A stretch of 64,000 nucleotides of DNA from an uncultured Candidatus Saccharibacteria bacterium (GTDB lineage: Bacteria > Patescibacteriota > Saccharimonadia > Saccharimonadales > 2-12-FULL-41-12). Where the stretch lies: NCBI GenBank assembly GCA_964521095.1, contig CAZFPJ010000001.1:132149-196148 (forward strand), given 5' to 3'. Under the pieces are notes generated by a model, which saw nothing but the letters and a program-made list of their open reading frames with translations, was not told the DNA's origin and searched no databases. This document shows, piece after piece, positions 8,833 through 18,490 of the stretch (position 1 is its first letter; each line of letters begins with the position of its first letter). Made by a program: the position numbers and the translations under genes.

Positions 8833-8952
8833 CAGGTGGACAAAAAATCTGTGAAGCAGTTCGGCGGGTCGCCCCCGACCCGACCCGCCGAAAATCTCAT
8901 TTCTCGCATTTGGTCGCAAAATAGGTTCGGGCAAACTCGTATAAGTGAGCCA
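8833..8952 (-). repeat. inverted repeat B, right copy (120 bp)
   Basis: caggtggac...ataagtgagcca. Confidence 0.93.
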
Positions 8953-8996
8953 AGTATCGTTTTGAATTCCAAAGGTCAAGAAGGGAAACTACAGCC

Positions 8997-10022
8997 ATGT
9001 CGAAAAAACTAAAATGCCCAAAATGCCACAGTAAATACAAGAAGATAGTTGTTCAAATTGTAGACGACAGGACTATGGCCGTTTGCCAAAATTGCGGGGA
9101 CACATTTGATGTAACTGACAGGAACCAACCAGAAAGCCAGTTGCGACGGGATAAACATACAGTTCAGAAGGATAAAAACATAACCAATCGAGAAAGGATT
9201 GTGGCCTTCTCGAAAACATCCTTTGGAATTATATTGAGTTTCGTCTTATTTCCGCCATTGGGTGCAATATTGTGGTTCAGATACAAAGCAAAGCCAAACA
9301 AAAAAACCAAAGCCCTCGTGTCTAGTGTTGTCTTTATATTCTGGATAGTACTAATTGCCTCAGCTCAAAGTGGTTACAAGGCTAGTTTCGATATAGATGG
9401 AAATAAAGTAGAAATTTCATGTTCAAAATTATGTTCGCGTTTTGACAGCTATGGTGACAAAGATACCTTAAGGCATCTCGCTATCCTGGGTGTAACGAGT
9501 GTAGACTCAATGCCAAGCGACAGAAACGGAGACAGTGTTGACCTAACGGTTGATAAAGGGGCCAAGGGAGGTATTGGTTTAAGATTGAATTATAAAGATA
9601 ATAAATTAATAAGTATTGTAAATATTGAACATCCCACTATCATCTACTACTCTACCGATCAAACGATAAAGACACAAGACTACCCTAGCAGTGATGAGAT
9701 TATTAGGCTAAGATCCGAGATTGACAAGAAAAAAGCCCAGGAAGAACAATCCAGAAAAGAAGCAGAGGCAAGAGTGCCGTCTGACACAGACACCAGTGAA
9801 CTCTGCAAAAAACAGTTCAACCAGGATTATCCGTACAAGGGCAGTAAAGTTCATTCTATAATGGGAGTAATAGCAAATAATAAACGCTTTGATGACTCTC
9901 GCTTTTATAAAGTTGAGGTGACTATAGAAAATGCTTACGGCGCCAGCAGAAAATCTGTTATGGAATGTACAGTTCAAAAGTCTGGTGACAGCCTTCAGAT
10001 AACATCATTCTTTGTGTACTAA
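8997..10022 (+). CDS. hypothetical membrane protein with N-terminal Zn ribbon
   Basis: CPKC...CQNC, two TM helices, Cys-containing C-terminal domain. Confidence 0.7.
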   Translation: MSKKLKCPKCHSKYKKIVVQIVDDRTMAVCQNCGDTFDVTDRNQPESQLRRDKHTVQKDKNITNRERIVAFSKTSFGIILSFVLFPPLGAILWFRYKAKPNKKTKALVSSVVFIFWIVLIASAQSGYKASFDIDGNKVEISCSKLCSRFDSYGDKDTLRHLAILGVTSVDSMPSDRNGDSVDLTVDKGAKGGIGLRLNYKDNKLISIVNIEHPTIIYYSTDQTIKTQDYPSSDEIIRLRSEIDKKKAQEEQSRKEAEARVPSDTDTSELCKKQFNQDYPYKGSKVHSIMGVIANNKRFDDSRFYKVEVTIENAYGASRKSVMECTVQKSGDSLQITSFFVY

Positions 10023-10043
10023 ATATACTTCAACCTTGAGTGC

Positions 10044-10162
10044 GCATTCGGGGTGAGAACTGCCGGTGGCAGTTCGCAAGGAAACCTTCCGATGAAAGCT
10101 ATGCTTTCAATAGCGAAGTTTCGGGCCTGCCGAAGGTAGGTCGAATCCCTCCATCCCAGCCA
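10044..10162 (+). repeat. tRNA-Gln 3' fragment (22-bp direct repeat 10141-10162 of 5822-5843) with a hairpin-rich insert at the T-arm
   Basis: gcattcgggg (10044-10053) + 87 nt insert + tcgaatccctccatcccagcca. Confidence 0.85.
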
Positions 10163-10419
10163 GTATTTTCCTCAAAGCCCTTGTGGGCACCAAGCCATAG
10201 CTAAGGATACTTACTCTGTGAGTGTTACCGTAAGTATTTTGATTAGAATCACAGGGTTAATAAAGCTATACTTAAGTTAATGAGCAAAGCATGGACAGAA
10301 TAGCTAACTACCCAAAATATGCTCGTCAGTTTTGTGGATCAACTAGAAAACTCCCAACAGCGCGCTAGAAAATCCTGCCCATAGGCTATAATAAAAGCAT
10401 AAGTAGAGTTTTTGTATTT

Positions 10420-11259
10420 ATGCAGGTTATAGAGCCAAAGAAAAGACCAAAAAGCAAAAGATCGATCGGTAAGCCGTTTTATGTGCTGGCCTTTGTCGCA
10501 ATTATTGGGGCAGGGGGTTACCTGGGCTACACAAAGCTACCTAGCGAAAAAACTCCTGAAAAGAGCCAAACTGTGCAGAATAATGCAGTTGTGCAGTCGC
10601 CACCAAAACAAGGAGTTTTAAAGACTTATACGGGTGAGGAGTTTAAAAACCTTTATAACTCTATTGCCTACCCAAATACCCGCGAAATTAGCGAAGAAAC
10701 ACCGATAACCGGCAACCCTGATGCCGATGCGCATATCCGTAAACTTGCCGTAGCCAGGGGGTATTTACCAAGAAGCGCACCAGTATCGGACACCTTTGTT
10801 AGCGTAGACCGTGTCCACAAACTGCAAGAGCGGGCTTCTCAGCCCTGGCTGGATATGAGGCAAACAGCCCGGAACGAGGGCTACATGCTGGGGCTAACTG
10901 CCGGATACCGCTCGGCGGACGACCAAAAAACAATCTTTTTGAACCGTCTTGCGGGGTTAAGCCCTGTAATGATTGCCAATGGAGCTGGCGATGTGCAGAT
11001 AAACCAAGTACTGCGCTCTACCGCATTGCCGGGCTATTCGAGACACCATACAGGCTATACCATTGATATCGCTTGCGAAAACGACCCATACCCCGTCTTT
11101 GAAAAATCCAAATGCTTTACCTGGCTGTCTGCCAATAACTACGAAAATGCCAAAAAATTTGGCTGGATACCTAGCTATCCTGATGGCGCTGGCCCACAGG
11201 GGCCCGACCCAGAGTCTTGGGAGTATGTTTGGGTAGGGAAGGATATACTGACAAAATGA
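10420..11259 (+). CDS. D-Ala-D-Ala carboxypeptidase, VanY/M15B family, membrane anchored
   Basis: GYRS, ALPGYSRHHTGYTID, ESWE; N-terminal TM. Confidence 0.85.
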   Translation: MQVIEPKKRPKSKRSIGKPFYVLAFVAIIGAGGYLGYTKLPSEKTPEKSQTVQNNAVVQSPPKQGVLKTYTGEEFKNLYNSIAYPNTREISEETPITGNPDADAHIRKLAVARGYLPRSAPVSDTFVSVDRVHKLQERASQPWLDMRQTARNEGYMLGLTAGYRSADDQKTIFLNRLAGLSPVMIANGAGDVQINQVLRSTALPGYSRHHTGYTIDIACENDPYPVFEKSKCFTWLSANNYENAKKFGWIPSYPDGAGPQGPDPESWEYVWVGKDILTK

Positions 11260-11639
11260 TCCGCGTATCGGACAAAGAATTTGACGACATGGTTGCAGAG
11301 AGCTTTTCTGCTATATCAAAATTACACCTAGACAACCTAGAAAATGTAGCCATAGTGGTCGAGGATCATCCGACCGCCGAGCAAGAGAAAAAACTAGGTT
11401 TGCGATGCAACCAACTGCTGTTTGGGCTGTTTGAGGGCGTTCCTAGGCCTCAAAAGGGTTCGGGCGGTGTTGTGACTATGCCAGACAAGATTACTCTGTT
11501 TAAGGGCTCTCTTTTGCGTGGGAGCAACAACAAGCTAAAACTACGCAACAATGTCCGCAACACCTTGTGGCATGAGATTGGGCATTATTATGGGCTCAAT
11601 CATACCCAGATTCATAAACTCGAGCACAAACACCACTAA
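11256..11639 (+). CDS. minimal zincin metallopeptidase family protein
   Basis: LFGLFEG, PDKITLF, HEIGHYYG. Confidence 0.85.
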   Translation: MIRVSDKEFDDMVAESFSAISKLHLDNLENVAIVVEDHPTAEQEKKLGLRCNQLLFGLFEGVPRPQKGSGGVVTMPDKITLFKGSLLRGSNNKLKLRNNVRNTLWHEIGHYYGLNHTQIHKLEHKHH

Positions 11640-11704
11640 AATTTAGTGGCAGAGCTATCGTGGTAATGCTATAGTTATAGCTAAGGTTAAACATTGGGAA
11701 ATCT

Positions 11705-12634
11705 TTGAACAAGAGACATAAGTTTTTGGCAATTGCATTTAGTCTTGGCGCCATCTTGGCGCTGTTTGTGGTACTACTAAAAGACAAGAATTTTGCTGTT
11801 TTAAATCCAGCTGGACACATCGCCAGCAGACAACTAGATTTACTAATATTTACTGCTCTGTTGTCGCTTGTGGTGGTCGTGCCGGTGTTTGCGCTAACTA
11901 TATTTATTGTCAAAAAATACCGAGCAGATAACGAGGCCGAGCACCAGCCGGACTGGGATAGCAACAATTGGCTAGAACTACTTTGGTGGGGGATACCCAT
12001 TGCCTTGATACTGATTTTGTCTGTAGTGACATGGAATTCTACCCATGAACTAGACCCTCGAAAAGGTATCGCATCGGACAAAAAAACGCTGACCGTACAA
12101 GTTGTAGCTATGGAGTGGAAATGGCTATTTATCTACCCTGACAAAAATATAGCCACTGTAAACCACCTTCAGATACCAGAAAATACACCCGTAGAGTTTC
12201 AGATTACCTCTGATTCTGCCATGAATTCGTTTTGGATCCCAAACTTGGGCGGGCAAATATATGCCATGACCGGTATGTCTTCCAAGCTAAACCTTATTGC
12301 CGACAAGCAAGGAACCTATGAAGGAGTGTCATCTAACATTAGCGGAGAAGGCTTTTCTGGTATGAAGTTCCAGACAAAAGTAACCAGCGAAGCAGATTTT
12401 TTGAAGTGGCAAGATTCGCTTAAACAATCTGACAATACACTAAACCAGCTCGAGTACGCCAAGCTAAGCCAACCCAGCAAAAATGTCGCCCCACTATTTT
12501 TCTACGGCGTTCAGGACAATCTGTATAATACAATCATCATGAAGTATACCGAGGCGCCTGGAGCAAAAAAGGATAAAGCCGAAAACAAAATGCCAAACAT
12601 GGACGAGATGAACCATTATGGAGGGCACCACTAG
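11705..12634 (+). CDS. cyoA: cytochrome bo3 ubiquinol oxidase subunit II
   Basis: LNPAG, WWGIP, WKWLFIYP, MNSFWIP, SGEGFSGM; no CuA ligands. Confidence 0.95.
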   Translation: MNKRHKFLAIAFSLGAILALFVVLLKDKNFAVLNPAGHIASRQLDLLIFTALLSLVVVVPVFALTIFIVKKYRADNEAEHQPDWDSNNWLELLWWGIPIALILILSVVTWNSTHELDPRKGIASDKKTLTVQVVAMEWKWLFIYPDKNIATVNHLQIPENTPVEFQITSDSAMNSFWIPNLGGQIYAMTGMSSKLNLIADKQGTYEGVSSNISGEGFSGMKFQTKVTSEADFLKWQDSLKQSDNTLNQLEYAKLSQPSKNVAPLFFYGVQDNLYNTIIMKYTEAPGAKKDKAENKMPNMDEMNHYGGHH

Positions 12635-14593
12635 ATGACAAGCTTTTTTAGCTTTTTAGCTTTTAAAGACCCGATTTTGCTGGGTGGACAACTGAGTGTG
12701 TTGTTTGGCGCGCTTACTGTGCTTGCTTTGCTAACTTACTTTAAGCGCTGGCGCTGGCTATGGACAGAATGGCTAACCACACTAGACCACAAGCGCATAG
12801 GTATCATGTACCTAACTGTGGCGACTATTATGCTCTTGCGAGGCTTTGGCGACGCCGTTTTGATGCGCGTGCAACAGGCGCTGGCTAGCGGAGATTCTAC
12901 CGGCATACTGCATGCGGATCACTTTCAACAGATATTTACCGCTCATGGCACCATAATGATATTTTTTGTCGCCATGGGGCTGATGTTTGGCATCATAAAC
13001 CTCGTGCTACCCCTGCAACTAGGGGCTAGAGATGTGGCTTTTCCTTTCTTGAATGCTACGAGTTTTTGGCTTTATGCATCCGGCGCAATCCTGATTAATT
13101 TGTCCCTGTTGGTAGGAGGGGAGTTTGCGGCGACAGGCTGGCTGGCTTATCCACCGTTATCTGGCCTAGAGTTTAGTCCGGGGCCAGGAGTTGACTACTG
13201 GATTTGGAGTGTCCAAATAGCCGGAGTTGGAAGTCTGCTGTCTGGCATAAACTTTATGATTACCGTCCTCAAAATGCGCGCACCTGGCATGACCTTGATG
13301 AAAATGCCGATGTTCCCCTGGAGTGTTTTTGCCAGCATGATTTTGGTGGTCTTTACCTTTCCAATCTTGACTGTGACTTTGGCTCTATTGTCGCTAGACC
13401 GCACCATTGGTACGCACTTCTTTACAACCGACCTAGGTGGTAACGCCATGATGTACATTAACCTTATTTGGGCATGGGGGCACCCCGAGGTATATATTTT
13501 GGTATTGCCAGCTTTTGGAATTTTGTCGGAAATAGTGCCAACCTTTTCCAAAAAACGCCTCTTTGGGTACACATCTATGGTTGTGGCACTAATGTCTATC
13601 TCTATATTGTCCTACCTGGTCTGGTTACATCACTTCTTTACCATGGGGGCGGGCGCCAATGTCAACGCATTTTTTGGCATCATGACTATGGTTATAGCTA
13701 TCCCGACGGGGGTAAAAGTCTTTAACTGGTTGTTTACCATGTACAAAGGACGGATCCGCCTAGCTAGCCCGATGGTGTGGTTTTTGGGATTCGTATTTAC
13801 CTTTACAATTGGTGGCGTAACTGGGGTTATGCTGGCCGTTCCACCAATAGATTTTCAGGTGCACAACAGCCTGTTTTTGGTAGCACACTTTCATAACATG
13901 ATTATTGGCGGAGTAGTGTTTGGCTATTTTGCTGGCATAGTCTACTGGTGGCCAAAAATCTTTGGCTTTACCTTGCACGAGAAGCTTGGCAAACTAGCGG
14001 CAAAACTATGGGTACTTGGTTTTGCTGTAGCATTTATTCCTTTATACATTTTGGGATTTATGGGAGCAACCAGGCGCCTAGAACATTATGATGCATCACT
14101 AGGGTGGCAAGGATTGTTTATAGTAGCAGGCGTAGGAGCTGGGATTATTGGGGCTGGCGTTTTGGTGCAAATAATACAAATAATTGTTAGTGTCTTCTTG
14201 CGCAAGTACAACCGAGACACTACTGGCGACCCATGGGATGGCCGAACCCTAGAATGGTCAATTCCATCACCGGCTCCGGTTTATAACTTTGCTCATATAC
14301 CTGTTGTGTCGAAGCGCGATCAGTTCTGGGAGACAAAACTCAGCAAAACTAAGAACGACCAGCCATACAGAGCCATCCAGCTACCAAAAAACAGTCCTTT
14401 TGGAATGTACATAGGCATCTACGCCTTTTTGGCTGGCTTTGCTGTAATATGGCACGTTCCATTGGCCGTATTGCTAGGGGTTGTTGGGATTATCTCGTGC
14501 CTAGTTATCCGTTCGCTAGATGACGAGACCGAATACACCATACCTGCCTCGAAGGTAAAAAAGATCGAAGAAACTGCGAGGGCCAAAGCATGA
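12635..14593 (+). CDS. cyoB: cytochrome bo3 ubiquinol oxidase subunit I
   Basis: DHKRIG, WGHPEVY, WLHH, AHFH heme-copper ligands. Confidence 0.97.
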   Translation: MTSFFSFLAFKDPILLGGQLSVLFGALTVLALLTYFKRWRWLWTEWLTTLDHKRIGIMYLTVATIMLLRGFGDAVLMRVQQALASGDSTGILHADHFQQIFTAHGTIMIFFVAMGLMFGIINLVLPLQLGARDVAFPFLNATSFWLYASGAILINLSLLVGGEFAATGWLAYPPLSGLEFSPGPGVDYWIWSVQIAGVGSLLSGINFMITVLKMRAPGMTLMKMPMFPWSVFASMILVVFTFPILTVTLALLSLDRTIGTHFFTTDLGGNAMMYINLIWAWGHPEVYILVLPAFGILSEIVPTFSKKRLFGYTSMVVALMSISILSYLVWLHHFFTMGAGANVNAFFGIMTMVIAIPTGVKVFNWLFTMYKGRIRLASPMVWFLGFVFTFTIGGVTGVMLAVPPIDFQVHNSLFLVAHFHNMIIGGVVFGYFAGIVYWWPKIFGFTLHEKLGKLAAKLWVLGFAVAFIPLYILGFMGATRRLEHYDASLGWQGLFIVAGVGAGIIGAGVLVQIIQIIVSVFLRKYNRDTTGDPWDGRTLEWSIPSPAPVYNFAHIPVVSKRDQFWETKLSKTKNDQPYRAIQLPKNSPFGMYIGIYAFLAGFAVIWHVPLAVLLGVVGIISCLVIRSLDDETEYTIPASKVKKIEETARAKA

Positions 14594-15180
14594 GTAAAGT
14601 TGCACCAGCACACAAAGCTTCGCACGACGAATCCAAAACTACCCTAGGTTTTTGGATATACCTCATGACAGACTGCGTCATGTTTGCCACACTCTTTGCC
14701 GTCTTTGCAGTTTTACAAAACGCTACCTTTGGCTCGGCTAGTGGTAGTGAACTATTTAGCCTAAACTATGTATTTTTGGAAACTGTCATCTTGCTGACCA
14801 GTAGTTTTACTGCTGGGCTTGCCGTACTAATGATGCAACGACGACAAAAAAACCATACTATGGCTTTGTTGGGTGTAACATTTTTGCTTGGACTAGCTTT
14901 TGTCGGCCTAGAAGTTCACGAGTTTGTAAGCTTTGTTAACGAAGGCAGTAGTTGGCGGGAAAGCGCTTACTTATCTTCGTTTTTCACCCTTGTAGGGACA
15001 CACGGTTTGCACATTACCGCAGGACTAATCTGGCTAAGCGCCCTCATGGCCCAATTGTGGAGAAGAGGTTTCACCCGAGTAACTACCCGACGGGTAGGAC
15101 TATTTAGTCTGTTTTGGCACTTCTTGGACATCATCTGGATTTTTATATTTACTTTTGTTTACCTGAGGGGGTCGCTCTAG
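14590..15180 (+). CDS. cyoC: cytochrome bo3 oxidase subunit III
   Basis: [21 protein letters not shown]. Confidence 0.95.
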   Translation: MSKVAPAHKASHDESKTTLGFWIYLMTDCVMFATLFAVFAVLQNATFGSASGSELFSLNYVFLETVILLTSSFTAGLAVLMMQRRQKNHTMALLGVTFLLGLAFVGLEVHEFVSFVNEGSSWRESAYLSSFFTLVGTHGLHITAGLIWLSALMAQLWRRGFTRVTTRRVGLFSLFWHFLDIIWIFIFTFVYLRGSL

Positions 15181-15567
15181 ATGGAACACGGTAAAGTAAA
15201 AATGAAATCCTATGTAATTGGCTATGCCTTATCGCTACTTTTGACTGTGGGGGCTTTTGGTATAACGATCAAGCACATAGATTCTAATGGTCAATTCTTA
15301 TCAGCAGGACAGATTGCTACCTACCTAATTGTGTTCGCACTTTGCCAACTAATAGTACAGCTAGTCTTTTTCTTGCACCTGGGCCGAGAGTCTAAACCAA
15401 GATGGAACCTGATGGTGTTCTTATTTATGATCTTTATGACTTTGGTGCTGGTGGTTGGCTCGCTATGGATTATGGCCAACTTAGAGTATCAACACGATGG
15501 CCACCAGCCCACCAAAGACTCTCCAGCCCGAATAATAGAAGATGAGGGAATGGGACACCATCACTAA
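15181..15567 (+). CDS. cyoD: cytochrome bo3 oxidase subunit IV
   Basis: QLVFFLH, GSLWIM; operon position. Confidence 0.92.
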   Translation: MEHGKVKMKSYVIGYALSLLLTVGAFGITIKHIDSNGQFLSAGQIATYLIVFALCQLIVQLVFFLHLGRESKPRWNLMVFLFMIFMTLVLVVGSLWIMANLEYQHDGHQPTKDSPARIIEDEGMGHHH

Positions 15568-16412
15568 TGCTTGGTGCCTACTACAAACTCATAAAACCTG
15601 GTATAGTCGGCGCCAATGTCATGACCGCTGTCGCAGGTTTTTTGTTTGCCTCTGTTAGTCCTTTTAACTGGCTAGCTTTTGCCGGTATGACAATTGGTAC
15701 GACACTGATACTGGCTTCTGGAACTATAGCCAACAACTATATAGACCGGTCTATAGACAGCAAGATGAAGCGCACAAAGAGTCGGGCCCTAGTAACCGGG
15801 CAGATCTCTTCGCTACATGCCTTGCTCGCCTCGATACTGATGGGCTTTGGTGGACTAGCTTTGCTAATTTTGTGCACCAATACACTGACTGTGATGGTTG
15901 GTGCTTTTGGGTTTGTTAGCTATGTAGGCATATACGGATACGCAAAACGAAAGTCTTATCTTGGTACGGCTGTGGGAACCTTGCCGGGGGCATCGTCTAT
16001 GGTTGCCGGATATGTAGCGACGACGAATTCATTTAACCAAACTACGCTAGCGCTATTCTTGATTATGGCAGTCTGGCAGATGGCACATTTTTATGCTATA
16101 GCTATCTTTAGAAAAGACGAATATAAATCTGCTGGAATACCTGTAATATCTGTAAAAAAGGGCGTTCCGACTACCAAAAACCACATAATTTTCTATACGA
16201 TATTATTTATTCCTAGCATTGTAGTGCTAAAGATAGTATCAGACCTAAGCGTAGTAGCCTATTTGGCTCTGATAGCTCTAGGCTTTTGGTGGCTCAAGGT
16301 AACTCTATCCGACAGAAGCCACCCCAAATGGGCTCAAAAGGCTTTTGGCAGTTCGCTAACGGTACTAATAGCTTTTTCGATCATCATATCAATAGACGGC
16401 CTGATCCGCTAA
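15567..16412 (+). CDS. cyoE: heme o synthase (protoheme IX farnesyltransferase)
   Basis: LIKPG, DRSIDSKMKRT, WQMAHF. Confidence 0.93.
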   Translation: MLGAYYKLIKPGIVGANVMTAVAGFLFASVSPFNWLAFAGMTIGTTLILASGTIANNYIDRSIDSKMKRTKSRALVTGQISSLHALLASILMGFGGLALLILCTNTLTVMVGAFGFVSYVGIYGYAKRKSYLGTAVGTLPGASSMVAGYVATTNSFNQTTLALFLIMAVWQMAHFYAIAIFRKDEYKSAGIPVISVKKGVPTTKNHIIFYTILFIPSIVVLKIVSDLSVVAYLALIALGFWWLKVTLSDRSHPKWAQKAFGSSLTVLIAFSIIISIDGLIR

Positions 16413-17233
16413 TTTATGCCTCTTGCTGTATCACATATTTTTTTAGACATTGCACTGCTGATGTCGTGAGAAGATCGTACTTCGTGCAAATGCACATTTT
16501 TATTGGCTCGAGCAAACATCTTGAGGTTGGCAGTATTCATTAACGGATCGGCCTTGCCATATACGATGTCTACCGGGATTGTGATAGATCTCGCTATGTC
16601 TCCAAGCGATGGAGCCTCGATAGTATTCCGTAGACTCTGAGCGAAAGGGTACCAACTGTCTTTATTTAGATTATATAGCGTTCTGTCCCTCTTTATCATC
16701 TGAAGAAACTGAGCGCCACCAATGGTCAGGTTTGGCCACCTTAAAAGTTGATCATAGATATACAACAAAGTTTTATCAGAGATAGTTGCTCTCCATCCGC
16801 TAGCCTTGCTATCGAATTGATTATTTTTGTAAAAGGGAAGACTGCACAGGATAATATGATTTACGCTACTCCCGTAAGTACTGGCGTAGTGCATTGCTAG
16901 AACAGCCCCCATAGAATGTCCTACTAATATGAAAGGTGTGTCTATCTTCTGTTTGGTTAAAGAATAATGAATGCTACGAATATGATCCTGGGGGTCATAG
17001 TCTATATAGTCTGGCTTTGGAGATTGACCAAAACCCAACAGGTCTAAGGCAACCACTCTAAAGTCAGCCTTTAGCTCACCTACAACCTCAGTCCAGTTGC
17101 CTGAATCTGTATTTAAACCATGGAACAACACTATGACGGGCTTTTTTCTAGACCCATAAGTAGAGACATGTAGTTTATATGGCAAGTTTAAGACTCTATG
17201 AAGCCAGAACTTTGCTCTTTGTAGGTTAACCAT
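16409..17233 (-). CDS. alpha/beta hydrolase
   Basis: FHG, DLLGFGQS, GHSMG. Confidence 0.85.
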   Translation of the reverse strand: MVNLQRAKFWLHRVLNLPYKLHVSTYGSRKKPVIVLFHGLNTDSGNWTEVVGELKADFRVVALDLLGFGQSPKPDYIDYDPQDHIRSIHYSLTKQKIDTPFILVGHSMGAVLAMHYASTYGSSVNHIILCSLPFYKNNQFDSKASGWRATISDKTLLYIYDQLLRWPNLTIGGAQFLQMIKRDRTLYNLNKDSWYPFAQSLRNTIEAPSLGDIARSITIPVDIVYGKADPLMNTANLKMFARANKNVHLHEVRSSHDISSAMSKKICDTARGIN

Positions 17234-17292
17234 CTTCTTATTATATGTTAATTGACAACGCCGTGATGCTTATGTTTGAATATTCGTAGTAT

Positions 17293-17838
17293 ATGGCCAA
17301 AACAAACTTACTTAGTAACAGATTGGTGCGGACCACAAAGATACACTTTGTTTTTGTGGCATTACTGATTGCCCAGATAATCGTCTATGACGCCTCCAAA
17401 CTAATCCCACCAGAGACGGTTATGAAACGGTGGATGATATCTGCAGGCTTACTTGCAGTTACTGCGGTCATCTGGTACCTAGCAAAAAACAAGAGTACTT
17501 CGGAGTTCTACGACAAAATACTGTTATTTTTGTTGGTGACAACAGATATAGCTATCGTGTCGTATCTTATTTACGGCTCGCGTGGCATGGCCAGCAGGGC
17601 AGTAGCGCTGTATGCTATACCAATATTGGTTTCAGCCATTGCCCTAAAACGGACTGCTGTTTACGCCACAGCTGTTTTGTGTATCGCGGCCTATACCACA
17701 ACTGCTGTTAGCTATTTTGTTATGAATTTTAACGAGGGATATAAAGTAGAACTATACGGAGAGATTGGATTTTACTCTGTTGTCATGCTGGTAGTTGCAG
17801 GATTAACCACCACACTCATTACCAACAACAGGAAGTAG
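17293..17838 (+). CDS. hypothetical multi-pass membrane protein
   Basis: About 6 hydrophobic segments. Confidence 0.7.
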   Translation: MAKTNLLSNRLVRTTKIHFVFVALLIAQIIVYDASKLIPPETVMKRWMISAGLLAVTAVIWYLAKNKSTSEFYDKILLFLLVTTDIAIVSYLIYGSRGMASRAVALYAIPILVSAIALKRTAVYATAVLCIAAYTTTAVSYFVMNFNEGYKVELYGEIGFYSVVMLVVAGLTTTLITNNRK

Positions 17839-17904
17839 ATTGCATCGGTTTTTTAGTAAGTGCTTGTGGTTTGATATTTGTAATATCCGTTGTATTATGT
17901 GCCC

Positions 17905-18423
17905 ATGACTAATCACGGAGAGACATTGCGTCCAAACTGGAATATTATATCGGGTGAACACCCCGAATCTGTGCAGGCTGTTGCCGAAACTCTGGAAGAG
18001 ATGAGTTTTAAGGTAATATCTAGCGACCCAAATGATTGGTTAAATTTTTATAGTGACCTCGAAGCAAAAGAAGTCGGACTAACTATTCCTGTGTTTTTTG
18101 ACAGATCAGTTGAAGATCGGAGGTTGCACAGAGACAACTTTCGCATAGATATTGAACGAATTACTCTGCGAGCGATTAATCAGTACAAATGGCGTAATGT
18201 ATTCCTGATAGATGAGTATCCTGTGGAATCAAACGAAACAGAAGGTATGCCTCAATTATCGGAAACAAAAAAACTAGCTCGAGAATACAGTGACTGCGAT
18301 ATCCCGACGCATATCATTTTACCCCGTCACCACAAAGAACAGGCAAAAAGTATAATAAAGCGCATAGACGGATCGATCATCGCGCCACATTTTATGGATG
18401 ATGACATGCCCCACATGGGCTAA
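17905..18423 (+). CDS. hypothetical protein
   Basis: ORF fills the intergenic space; start uncertain. Confidence 0.55.
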   Translation: MTNHGETLRPNWNIISGEHPESVQAVAETLEEMSFKVISSDPNDWLNFYSDLEAKEVGLTIPVFFDRSVEDRRLHRDNFRIDIERITLRAINQYKWRNVFLIDEYPVESNETEGMPQLSETKKLAREYSDCDIPTHIILPRHHKEQAKSIIKRIDGSIIAPHFMDDDMPHMG

Positions 18424-18490
18424 CCTGCTGTAGTTTTTAGCAAACAATTTGACGGCAGACGCCAAGCGTCTTTATAGTATTCTAGATATT

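Larger units (their letters stand above)
5839..8952. mobile_element. serine-recombinase integrative element at tRNA-Gln 3' end (attL 5839-5843 core, attR 8948-8952 core, internal inverted attP around 7726-7730)
   Basis: AGCCA core at each junction; arms duplicated as perfect inverted repeats; recombinase gene inside. Confidence 0.8.

Noticed and set aside
8776-8979. 67-aa minus-strand ORF
   Set aside because: It is a translation of repeat arm B with no coding support.
10054-10140. Group I/II intron in a functional tRNA (also 39741-39795)
   Set aside because: The inserts are too short for self-splicing introns and the host fragments lack 5' halves and anticodon arms.
14590-14593. Genetic code 25 (TGA=Gly)
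   Set aside because: TGA terminates conserved genes at expected positions (cyoB, atpG, atpD) and ORFs are intact under code 11.
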